Source of the DNA: Ignavibacteriales bacterium | Lineage (GTDB): Bacteria; Bacteroidota; Ignavibacteria; UBA10030; UBA6906 | Reading direction: 5' to 3' | Assembly: GCA_037441705.1 (NCBI GenBank) | Contig: JBBIRR010000015.1 | Span: 11,068 to 75,067 of the forward strand | Length of the DNA: 64,000 nucleotides | Notes under the pieces: generated by a model | What the model was told of the DNA's origin: nothing | Databases searched by the model: none | The model's input: the letters and a program-made list of their open reading frames with translations, nothing else | Shown here: piece after piece, positions 51,559 to 60,284 of the stretch | Position numbering within the stretch: the stretch's first letter is position 1 | Layout: the number at the start of each line of letters is the position of its first letter | Made by a program: the position numbers and the translations under genes

Positions 51559-52698
51559 TTGACTGTTGCGCTCATCTACAATCTCAAAGCAGAAGCTCTC
51601 TCTCACCTTGCACCGGTTGCAGGCGACCACTCACCGTTAGACTCTCTCTCTCCTGCTTCTCCCGCGGACGTGTCCCGTGAACTTCGCAAACTCCATCGTC
51701 AGAAGGATATGTACGCCGAGTGGGACACGGAAGAAACCATCAACGCCGTTCGTGACGCGATTGCTGAACGCTACAATGTGGTGATGGTTGATGCGAACAA
51801 CGATGCCTATTCCACCCTCGCTGCGTGTCGCCCCGATTTTGCATTCAACATGGCAGAGGGGCTGCATGGTGTTTCGCGGGAGTCCCAAATTCCGGCTATC
51901 CTCGAAATGCTGCAGATTCCCTATCTCGGTTCCGATCCGCTGACGCTCGGGATTTGCCTGGACAAGTCGCGCACTAAAGAGATTCTTTCGTATTACAAGA
52001 TTCCCACGGCCTCCTTCAGCGTTGTGCGGTTGATGCAGGACATTGAGAACATTCGCCTGAGATTTCCTGCCATCGTGAAGCCGCTGCATGAAGGCTCCAG
52101 CAAAGGGATCTACAACTCCTGCGTGGTGAGTAACCCCGAGGAGTTGACGAGCGAAATAAACATCATTCTTGAAACCTACAACCAACCGGCGCTGGTAGAA
52201 GATTTTCTGCCGGGCCGCGAGTTTACCGTGGCGATTCTCGGCAATGGCAATGACCTTCACGTTCTTCCGATCGTCGAGATCAAGTTCGATGCACTGCCCC
52301 CCGGCGTCAAACCCATTTATTCGTATGAAGCGAAATGGATATGGGATCAGCGGGAGACGCCGTTGGATGTGTTCGAGTGTCCGGCAACGTTAGACGAGAC
52401 GCTGGCGCACGAAATCACCTCGATTTGCAAGGAAGCATACCGGGTCCTGAACTGTCGCGACTGGTCGCGCATTGACGTACGCCTTGACGCTCAGGGCAGG
52501 CCGAACATTCTCGAAGTCAACCCCCTGCCGGGTATCCTGCCCAAGCCGGAGGATAACTCCTGCTTTCCCAAGGCCGCGCGTGCAGCGGGCATCTCCTATC
52601 ATCAACTCATCAACACCGTGCTCGATATCGCTATGAGGCGGTGCGGCATACTGCCGATAACTCAAGAGACGGTTCGAACATCCGCGTTAGCTCGGTAA
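51559..52698 (+). CDS. D-Ala-D-Ala ligase-like ATP-grasp protein (1)
   Basis: FNMAEG, PYLGS, LDKS, IVKP.HEGSSKGI, VEDFLPGREF, YSYEAKW, RIDVR and EVNPLPG. It lacks the Ddl GGxSxE motif. TTG start. Confidence 0.9.
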   Translation: MTVALIYNLKAEALSHLAPVAGDHSPLDSLSPASPADVSRELRKLHRQKDMYAEWDTEETINAVRDAIAERYNVVMVDANNDAYSTLAACRPDFAFNMAEGLHGVSRESQIPAILEMLQIPYLGSDPLTLGICLDKSRTKEILSYYKIPTASFSVVRLMQDIENIRLRFPAIVKPLHEGSSKGIYNSCVVSNPEELTSEINIILETYNQPALVEDFLPGREFTVAILGNGNDLHVLPIVEIKFDALPPGVKPIYSYEAKWIWDQRETPLDVFECPATLDETLAHEITSICKEAYRVLNCRDWSRIDVRLDAQGRPNILEVNPLPGILPKPEDNSCFPKAARAAGISYHQLINTVLDIAMRRCGILPITQETVRTSALAR

Positions 52699-52735
52699 CG
52701 TGGCGTCCACCGCATTCACCATCAACGGAGACCGT

Positions 52736-53836
52736 ATGAGGAAAAAGCTTCGGATTGCGATCTTGTACAATGAGCCGGTTGTCGGAACGGAACCAAGCCG
52801 GAAGTATATCTCGGAAAATGGAAAGCTTCAGGAAGAGCCTGCCGTTGTTGCGCATGAGCGGAAGCGGCGGATGAGTGCAATACCCGCCGGAGTTGATCTG
52901 AGCGAGATCGGCGTTGTGGAGGAGATGGAGGATATTAAGGAAGCCCTCGACTCGCTCGGCTATCGGTCCATAATCTTCAACGTGGATAGCGACGTGAATC
53001 GGTTGATCCGCTTCTTGCAGGAAGAGAAGCCCGATCTCATCTTCAATCTCGTTGAGTGCATCGAGAATGAATCGATCCTTGAAATGAACGTTGCTGCACT
53101 CTACGAGTTATTCAAGATTCCGTACACGGGAGCCGGCCCTCTTGCGCTCGGCACGGCACTCAACAAGCCGCGTGTCAAGGAGATCCTTGCTGCCAACGGC
53201 ATCACCACACCGCATCATCAGGTGTTCAAGGTGCTCGACAAAATTAGCCTGAAGGACGGCATGGAGTTTCCGCTCATTGTGAAGCCGGCGCGGGAAGATG
53301 CCAGTGTCGGCATCTCCGAGAAGTCGGTGGTCTACACGCTCAACGAATTGCGGCGGCAGGTGCGCTACATCTGGGGCGAGTTCGAGCAGCCTGCTCTGGT
53401 GGAGCAGTTTATTGACGGCCGGGAGTTGAACGTTGCCATCGTCGGCAACAGGAAGCCGATCGTCCTTCCGATTTCCGAGATTGACTTCTCCGGGTTGAAC
53501 GACGGCATGCATAAGATCGTGAGTTACGCGGCGAAGTGGCTCAACGGTACGGTCGAATACGAGGGAACGAAAGGCGTGTGCCCCGCCAAGCTTCCGGGGC
53601 CGATCGAAACGGAATTGAAAGCGATCGCCTTGAAGTGTTACGAGCTGATTGGCTGCCGCGATTACGCGCGGGTGGATTTCCGTCTCTCGGCCGAAGGCGT
53701 TCCCTACGTGCTCGAAGTGAATCCCAATCCTGACATCTCGGATGATGCAGGATTTGCTCGCTCAGCACGAGCATACGGGTTTTCGTTCCCGCAAATCATC
53801 GGCAAGATTGTCGAGTCTGCACTTGAACGCGCTTAG
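52736..53836 (+). CDS. D-Ala-D-Ala ligase-like ATP-grasp protein (2)
   Basis: FNLVE, PYTGA, LNKP, IVKPAREDASVGI, VEQFIDGREL, SYAAKW, ARVDFR and EVNPNPD. Confidence 0.9.
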   Translation: MRKKLRIAILYNEPVVGTEPSRKYISENGKLQEEPAVVAHERKRRMSAIPAGVDLSEIGVVEEMEDIKEALDSLGYRSIIFNVDSDVNRLIRFLQEEKPDLIFNLVECIENESILEMNVAALYELFKIPYTGAGPLALGTALNKPRVKEILAANGITTPHHQVFKVLDKISLKDGMEFPLIVKPAREDASVGISEKSVVYTLNELRRQVRYIWGEFEQPALVEQFIDGRELNVAIVGNRKPIVLPISEIDFSGLNDGMHKIVSYAAKWLNGTVEYEGTKGVCPAKLPGPIETELKAIALKCYELIGCRDYARVDFRLSAEGVPYVLEVNPNPDISDDAGFARSARAYGFSFPQIIGKIVESALERA

Positions 53837-53864
53837 TAGCAGTCAGTCAGACAACCCCGACGTC

Positions 53865-54371
53865 ATGGTGTCGGGGCATGCGCACGATGAACTCCTTCCG
53901 TCGTCGCATATCCGTCCGCTGCATGTCTCGGACGTGCAGCCGCTTCATCGTCTCCTCACCGAGACCGCTGTCTTCACGCCCGAAGAAATCGCTATTGCGC
54001 TTGAGCTGATGCACACCGTGCTGGAAAAGCCCGAGCAGAAGGACTATGTCATCCGTGTGTATGACGATGGGGAAGTGCTCGGCTACTACTGTGTCGGTCC
54101 AACGCCGGCAACCGAGGGGACGTTCGATTTGTACTGGATTGCGACGAAGCCATCCGTTCACGGCAAGGGGATCGGTCGTGCGTTGAACACACACGCCGAA
54201 CAGTTGATTCGCTCACTCGGCGGCAGATTGATCATCGTGGAAACGTCCTCAACCCAACGGTACGATAAGACACGAGCGTTCTATGGCAAAGCCGGATACG
54301 AGGAGCTTGCCCGCATTCGCGATTACTATCGCCCGGGCGACAGTCTCGTAGTCTACGGCAAATATCTCTAA
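53865..54371 (+). CDS. GNAT family N-acetyltransferase
   Basis: DLYWIA, acetyl-CoA motif HGKGIG, ETSS...Y..TRAFY..GY and DYY.PGD. Confidence 0.9.
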   Translation: MVSGHAHDELLPSSHIRPLHVSDVQPLHRLLTETAVFTPEEIAIALELMHTVLEKPEQKDYVIRVYDDGEVLGYYCVGPTPATEGTFDLYWIATKPSVHGKGIGRALNTHAEQLIRSLGGRLIIVETSSTQRYDKTRAFYGKAGYEELARIRDYYRPGDSLVVYGKYL

Positions 54372-54395
54372 CAACGCGGAGGAACACAGGTACGC

Positions 54396-55550
54396 ATGGA
54401 ACTTTGGCAGGAGATGTTGCGACAGAGTGTGGACAGCGGGAAGGATTTGGTGGAACGATTCGGATTCGATGGTGAACTGGCGGAACGGCTGAACAAGCTC
54501 TTTCACATTCGCATCAATCCCTACTATTTGAGTTTGATCCGCTATCCGGGCGATCCGATCTGGCTGCAGTGCATTCCCGATGCTGTGGAGCTGGAGGAGG
54601 ACGGCTTGCCGGAAGACCCGCTGGCGGAAGATGCACACAGTCCCGTGCCCAGCATTGTCCACCGCTATCCGGACCGCGTGCTGTTTCTGACGACAAGTCA
54701 ATGTTCCATGTATTGCCGCTTCTGTACGCGCAAGCGTAAGGTGGGCGACTCCAGCAAGATCAACATGAAGTACATTCAAGATGGGATTGATTATATTGCC
54801 GCGCATCCTGAAGTGCGCGATGTGATTCTCTCGGGCGGCGACCCGCTGATGTTGACCGATCAGAATTTGGAGAAAGTCATCTCCGGCCTGCGGGCCATCC
54901 CCCATGTCGAGATCATCCGGATTGGCACGAAGATGCCGTGCGTGCTGCCGCAGCGCATTACGCCCAAGCTCTGCGCTATGCTGAAGAAGTACCATCCCAT
55001 CTACGTTAACACCCACTTCAATCATCCGTGGGAATGCACGCCGGAAGCCAAACGCGCATGCGAGATGCTGGCCGATGCCGGCATTCCGGTGGGCAACCAG
55101 GCCGTGTTGATGAAGGGAGTGAACGACGACCCGGACGTGATGCTGGAACTGATGAGGAAGCTCCTCTTCATGCGCGTGCGTCCCTACTATCTCTATCAAG
55201 CCGATATTACAAAGGGGGCGAACCACTTCCGCACGCCGGTAAGTGTGGGGCTGGAGATAATGGACAAGCTGCGCGGGCACACGTCGGGACTTGCCATTCC
55301 GTACTACGTGATTGATGCGCCGGGAGGAGGCGGGAAGATTCCGTTGTTGCCGCAGTACGTGTTGGGCCGCAACGGCAATCAGATCATTCTCCGCAACTAC
55401 AAGTACGAAATCTATACCTATCCCGACGTCGAAGACCCGTCGAAAACGCCGGCCTTTGCTTCGACGCAAACGATCGAGAAGCGCTTCACGCGCAAACGCC
55501 GTCCGGCGAAGAAACAGACGGCCTACGAACCGGATGCCGAGCAGGTATAG
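54396..55550 (+). CDS. KamA-family radical SAM/PLP 2,3-aminomutase (lysine 2,3-aminomutase-like)
   Basis: HRYPDR, CSMYCRFCTR (CxxxCxxC), SGGDPL, THFNHP, YYLYQAD and DAPGGGGK (PLP lysine). Confidence 0.93.
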   Translation: MELWQEMLRQSVDSGKDLVERFGFDGELAERLNKLFHIRINPYYLSLIRYPGDPIWLQCIPDAVELEEDGLPEDPLAEDAHSPVPSIVHRYPDRVLFLTTSQCSMYCRFCTRKRKVGDSSKINMKYIQDGIDYIAAHPEVRDVILSGGDPLMLTDQNLEKVISGLRAIPHVEIIRIGTKMPCVLPQRITPKLCAMLKKYHPIYVNTHFNHPWECTPEAKRACEMLADAGIPVGNQAVLMKGVNDDPDVMLELMRKLLFMRVRPYYLYQADITKGANHFRTPVSVGLEIMDKLRGHTSGLAIPYYVIDAPGGGGKIPLLPQYVLGRNGNQIILRNYKYEIYTYPDVEDPSKTPAFASTQTIEKRFTRKRRPAKKQTAYEPDAEQV

Positions 55551-55571
55551 CTTGTCGCTCGATACAACGCG

Positions 55572-55603
55572 ACACAGCCCGTTGAGTGATCAACGGGCTG
55601 TGT
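55572..55603. terminator. Perfect 14-bp hairpin after the KamA gene (terminator or stabilising stem)
   Basis: ACACAGCCCGTTGA-GTGA-TCAACGGGCTGTGT between convergent genes. No clear U-tract. Confidence 0.55.
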
Positions 55604-55680
55604 GCACTCGGATGCGGGAAATCCGATCTCCGCTCGCGGCTCTCCGATGCGCGAGCATCTCACCGCCGCTGTAGTTTGTG

Positions 55681-56040
55681 TCACTTCATCTGTCCGGAGA
55701 ACATCTCCAACAGCTTGTCCACAGGAAAGGGTTTTTGCAGCAGCAGGTCGCAATCGGCTTTGCAGGCCTCTTTCACGGAGTCGAGTTCCTTCACACCGGT
55801 AAGAAAGATGAACGGTGTGTTGGCATATTCCTTCATCGCGCGGACGTGTTTGTGGAACTCGACGCCGTCCATATTGGGCATCTTCACATCGGAGACGATG
55901 ACATCAATTTTTTCGTGTTGAAGTTTCTCCAGTGCTTCATGGCCATCTTTGGCAATGGTGATCGTGTGGCCGACAGCGTTCATCACTTCTTCCAACATCT
56001 CCAGGTACTCAGGTTCGTCTTCAACGGCAAGTATTCTCAT
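55681..56040 (-). CDS. Stand-alone response regulator receiver (CheY-like)
   Basis: ILAVEDE, SDVKMPNMDG, FIFLTG and QKPF. Confidence 0.93.
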   Translation of the reverse strand: MRILAVEDEPEYLEMLEEVMNAVGHTITIAKDGHEALEKLQHEKIDVIVSDVKMPNMDGVEFHKHVRAMKEYANTPFIFLTGVKELDSVKEACKADCDLLLQKPFPVDKLLEMFSGQMK

Positions 56041-56168
56041 AGGGCCATTTCAGAGGAATGACGAGTTGACGGTTTTTTGTTCCTGCAAAAGATAAGGCAA
56101 AGCGTGTGGCTTGTCAATAGGAAGTGTTTCGTATTGCCTCTGGACGGTGCTTTGAGTAGATTGACGCC

Positions 56169-58067
56169 ATGAGAATTCCCGAAAGCAAAATCGAGGAGGT
56201 ACGCCGCGCCTCGGACATCGTTGATGTGATTGCAGGCTACGTCCGCCTGAAAAAACGGGGCAAGAACTTCCTGGGGCTGTGCCCGTTTCACACCGAAAAG
56301 ACGCCGTCGTTCAACGTCAGTCCTGAGCGACAGATGTACCACTGCTTCGGCTGCGGCGTGGGAGGCAACGTCTTCACGTTCGTGATGGAGTATGAGAAGG
56401 TATCGTTTGTAGAAGCGGTGCGGACTCTTGCCGAGCGCGCGGGGATAGCCTTGCCGCAGGAGCAGGCGGAACAGAAAGAACAGGAGACCGAAGCCGAGGC
56501 GCTCTATACGATCTGCCGCGCTGCTGCGCGGATGTTCTATGAGAACATGACGACGACCGTGGAAGGGCAGCTTGCACGCGAGTATTTCCGCCATCGCGGC
56601 TTTACCGAGGAGACGATTCGGACGTTTGGGCTTGGGTATTCGCTCAACGGGTGGGAGAACATGCTGAAGCTTGCCGAGCGCGAGAAGTTCCCTCTCGAGC
56701 TGGTCGAGAAAGCGGGACTCATCATCAAACGTGAGGATGGATCGGGATACTACGATAGGTTTCGCGGGCGCGTCATGTTTCCGATCTTTTCCGTTACCGG
56801 ACGCGTGATCGGGTTCGGCGCGCGCAAGGTGCGTGAGGACGACCCGATCCCGGGCAAGTACATCAATTCTCCCGAAACGCCCATCTACATCAAGAGCAAA
56901 TCGCTCTACGGCATCCATCAGGCAAAGGATGCGCTGCGCGAGAAGGAGTTTGCCATCCTTGTCGAAGGCTACGCGGACCTCCTCTCGGTGTATCAGGCTG
57001 GATTCGAGAACGTCGTCGCGTCCAGCGGCACCGCCCTCACCGAGGAACAAATCAACCTTATCGGACGCTACGCGAAGCGGATCACGCTCGTGTACGATGC
57101 CGATTCGGCGGGTTCGAAAGCTGCGCTGCGCGGCGTGGATCTTATCATGGAGCAGGGACTGGACGTACGCATCGCGCAGCTACCTGAGGGCGAGGATCCC
57201 GATTCGTTTGTGAAGAAGCATGGCGCTCCGGCATTCGAGAAGCTCATTGACGGCGCCGTTTCGTTTATTGATTTCAAAGCCGGCAGGTTTCGCGCGGAAG
57301 GGAAATTCGACACGCCCGAGGGGCAGGCCGAAGCGGTGCGTTCGATCGTCGAGTCCATTGCGAAGGTGAAAGACGAACTGAAGCGTTCGTTCTATATCAA
57401 ACATGTTGCCGAACGTTACGGCGTGTACGAGTCCACGCTGTACCGCGAATTGGAAAAACTGCTTGGCAGGGAGCGCTCGCGCGAGGCCATGCAGCGACAG
57501 CGCGAGGCACCGCTTCCCGTCTCGCAGGTCGAGCCTGCATCGCCGCCAAAAGCATCCGGCAGCACAGCGGACATTCCCGCGGCGGAGCGTGACTTGCTGA
57601 AGCTGATGCTCGAGCACGGCGATGCGATGGTCCGCTACGTTTTTTCCCATCTCCGTCTCGATCATTTTTCCCATCCGCTGGTCCTTCATGCGCTTCAGAA
57701 AATCCTTGTCCTTGTCGAGAAAGCCGAGGCGTGGGATGTGAACACGCTTATCGATACGGCGGAGAGCGAGGAGGTTCGTCGCTTCATTGCCGACGTGACA
57801 TTCAGTCGCTATGAGATCAGCAAGGGGTGGAAGGAGTTGGATGCCATGCCCGAAGAGCCCGATCCGGGGGAGCTTGCCGACCGCTGCATCGTCGTTCTCA
57901 AGAAACTGGAGCTGGATCGTCTGCTCGCCGAGAACCAGCGACAGATGCGTGAAGCGCTGGCTCGCGGCGAGGAGGCGCGAGGATTCCTCGAGCATCACAA
58001 GCTGTTGTTGGAAGAGAAGAAAGACCTCGAGCTGCATGGACTGGCCGGGGCGCGAACGGAAGGATAG
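56169..58067 (+). CDS. dnaG: DNA primase
   Basis: CPFHTEKTPSF..CFGCG zinc finger, DRFRGR.MFP, KYINSPET, VEGYAD and YDADSAG. Confidence 0.97.
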   Translation: MRIPESKIEEVRRASDIVDVIAGYVRLKKRGKNFLGLCPFHTEKTPSFNVSPERQMYHCFGCGVGGNVFTFVMEYEKVSFVEAVRTLAERAGIALPQEQAEQKEQETEAEALYTICRAAARMFYENMTTTVEGQLAREYFRHRGFTEETIRTFGLGYSLNGWENMLKLAEREKFPLELVEKAGLIIKREDGSGYYDRFRGRVMFPIFSVTGRVIGFGARKVREDDPIPGKYINSPETPIYIKSKSLYGIHQAKDALREKEFAILVEGYADLLSVYQAGFENVVASSGTALTEEQINLIGRYAKRITLVYDADSAGSKAALRGVDLIMEQGLDVRIAQLPEGEDPDSFVKKHGAPAFEKLIDGAVSFIDFKAGRFRAEGKFDTPEGQAEAVRSIVESIAKVKDELKRSFYIKHVAERYGVYESTLYRELEKLLGRERSREAMQRQREAPLPVSQVEPASPPKASGSTADIPAAERDLLKLMLEHGDAMVRYVFSHLRLDHFSHPLVLHALQKILVLVEKAEAWDVNTLIDTAESEEVRRFIADVTFSRYEISKGWKELDAMPEEPDPGELADRCIVVLKKLELDRLLAENQRQMREALARGEEARGFLEHHKLLLEEKKDLELHGLAGARTEG

Positions 58068-58188
58068 CAGATGGGATGTCCGCACGGCGTGATCGCTAGC
58101 GTTGCCGGATGCAACTCGAGATGTGTTCGTTGATTGCTTTTTCTTCACGCTTCAGTTATCTTTTTCGAGAATCATTGCGGAGCATTTG

Positions 58189-59262
58189 TTGACCCGAACA
58201 GACAGGTCTCTGAAGCGTATTCTAATTGTTCGCACCGACCGACTGGGCGATGTTATTCTGACGCTGCCGATGTTTGCCCTCCTGCGCAAGTGCTTTCCGG
58301 ATGCCTATCTTGCCGTCCTCCTTCGTCGCTACACAGGAGAGATTCTCGACGGCAATCCCTACGTGGATGAAGTGATCTGGTATGATCGGGATGACGAGCT
58401 TGTTCCGTTCGCTGAGATGTGTGCGACGCTGCGCGAGCGGAGATTCGACGCCGTTATCGTCGTGTATCCCCGGCTGCGCCTTGCCTGGTTGATGTTTCGC
58501 TCGAGAATACCCATCCGTGTGGGCACAGGCTACCGGTATTATTCTTTTCTCTTCAACAGAAGAGTGTACGAGCATCGCAAGGATGCGCGCCGCCATGAGC
58601 TGGAGTACAACCTGAGTCTCTTGCAGCAGATCGGCTGCCCTGTTCCGCAGCATTTCGTCCCTGAATTCTACATTGCCATTCCCCCCGATGCAGATGCAGC
58701 GATTGAAGAGGCGCTCCGAACCCTGGGCCTCACGGGAGCGGATCTGGCGATTGTCCATCCGGGCAGCGGCGGTTCGGCACGGGAGTGGCCCGTTCGGCAT
58801 TTCGGTGCGCTTGCCGCACGGCTTACTGCCGATGGCTTTGCCGTGATCGTAACGGGGTCGAAGGAAGAGGAAGAAAAAGTTCGGGCAGTTGCCGAAGCCT
58901 CGGGCGGTGCTGCCATTCCGATGGCCGGCGCGTTCTCGATCAAACAGCTCGCCGCGCTTATTCGACGGGCAAAGGTGTTCGTTGCCAATTCGACCGGGCC
59001 ACTTCATCTTGCGGTGGCGATGGGAACGCCCGTGGTCGGACTCTATCCGCAGCACACCGCGATGAGCGCCAGGCGATGGGGGCCATACACGGATAAGAAA
59101 GCAGTGCTTGTGCCCGATCGGCCGGTGGAGTGCAATGCGTGTGTGGAGAACAAGACCGAGTGTGAATGCATGGCATCCATTGATGTGGAGATGGTGCGGC
59201 AAGCGGCGTTGAAGCTTCTCGACCGTAGCACGCTCAAGGGGATCGGGGTACATGCGCGCTAA
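58189..59262 (+). CDS. Glycosyltransferase family 9 (heptosyltransferase-like)
   Basis: ILIVRTDRLGDVILT, HPGSGG...WP and NSTGPLHLAVAMGTP. Start is uncertain (TTG after GGAG). Confidence 0.92.
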   Translation: MTRTDRSLKRILIVRTDRLGDVILTLPMFALLRKCFPDAYLAVLLRRYTGEILDGNPYVDEVIWYDRDDELVPFAEMCATLRERRFDAVIVVYPRLRLAWLMFRSRIPIRVGTGYRYYSFLFNRRVYEHRKDARRHELEYNLSLLQQIGCPVPQHFVPEFYIAIPPDADAAIEEALRTLGLTGADLAIVHPGSGGSAREWPVRHFGALAARLTADGFAVIVTGSKEEEEKVRAVAEASGGAAIPMAGAFSIKQLAALIRRAKVFVANSTGPLHLAVAMGTPVVGLYPQHTAMSARRWGPYTDKKAVLVPDRPVECNACVENKTECECMASIDVEMVRQAALKLLDRSTLKGIGVHAR

Positions 59263-60223
59263 CAGTCTTGTGGGCGTATTGCTGTTGGGTGTGTTTCTCT
59301 GCTGGGTCACCTGGAGCGGCGCGCAGACCACGAAAAAACCGCCGGCGAAGCGGCCGACTCCTGCGCAAGCGGCAAAGGCCCGGGCCGACAGCATTGCTGC
59401 TGCACGTGCCGATTCGATCAGTCGTGCCGAGCGCGCAGCCTTCGTTGCCGATTCGCTGCGCCGTGCGGATTCGCTTGCCAGGGCCGCTGCAGATTCCGCC
59501 CGCCGGTTCGTCTGGCGGAAAATCGAAAACAGGGCTTTCGGCGTTGGCGAGCGGCTGGTCTTCGATGTGAGTTACGGCCCCATCACGGCGGGCGAAGCGA
59601 TCATGGCCATCACCCGCTACGATACTATTGCCGGACGTCTCTGCTATCGCGTCGAGTTCTCCGTCAACTCGCTCAAATCCTTTGACTGGATTTACGAGGT
59701 GCGCGACCGCTATCTCACCTTTATTGATGTGGAAGCCATCGCGCCGCTCAAGTTCGAGCAGCACATCCGCGAAGGAACATACAAGCGCGATTTCATTGCC
59801 GAGTTCGATCAGGTGAACCACGTTGCGCGTACGACCGAGGGCGACTTTCCGATCCCCGAATATGTGCACGATATCATGTCGGCCTTCTACTTCGCACGCA
59901 CGCTGGACTACAGCGGGATGAAGCCCGGGGATCAGATTCTTCTCTACAATTTTTACAAAGACAAGAGTCACGAACTGGGAGTACGGTTTCTCGGGCGCCA
60001 GGAACTGGAAGTAGCGGCGGGAACGTTTCGCACCATCGTCGTTGAGCCGCTGGTGAAAGAAGGCGGCCTGTTCAAAGCCGAAGGGCGCATTGTGATCTGG
60101 TTGACGGATGATGAACGGAAGATTCCCGTGCGCGTGAATACGAAAGTCATCATTGGCTCGATTGATACCGAGCTGCGGGAGTATTCCGGGCTGATTGGAC
60201 CGTTGAAAGGAAGAATCAGGTGA
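59252..60223 (+). CDS. DUF3108-like exported protein with N-terminal ADS-repeat helix
   Basis: Signal peptide, AF.VGE.L.F.VSYG.I.AG, DIMSAFY, V.AG.F and IWLTDD..KIPV. Confidence 0.75.
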   Translation: MRANSLVGVLLLGVFLCWVTWSGAQTTKKPPAKRPTPAQAAKARADSIAAARADSISRAERAAFVADSLRRADSLARAAADSARRFVWRKIENRAFGVGERLVFDVSYGPITAGEAIMAITRYDTIAGRLCYRVEFSVNSLKSFDWIYEVRDRYLTFIDVEAIAPLKFEQHIREGTYKRDFIAEFDQVNHVARTTEGDFPIPEYVHDIMSAFYFARTLDYSGMKPGDQILLYNFYKDKSHELGVRFLGRQELEVAAGTFRTIVVEPLVKEGGLFKAEGRIVIWLTDDERKIPVRVNTKVIIGSIDTELREYSGLIGPLKGRIR

Positions 60224-60284
60224 CGGAGGCAGACCTCAGATCTCAAGCACCGAAAGAATAAGGAACTTCCCCCAAGGGGCCAGA

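Noticed and set aside
51559-53836. Calling the ATP-grasp genes ddl or vanA-type resistance ligases
   Set aside because: They lack the N-terminal GGxSxE motif, and there are no mur, vanH or vanX neighbours.
54396-55550. Calling the KamA homologue epmB or ablA
   Set aside because: No efp or epmA is in the window. The adjacent GNAT is a short single-domain protein unlike AblB, and the two ligases fit neither pathway.
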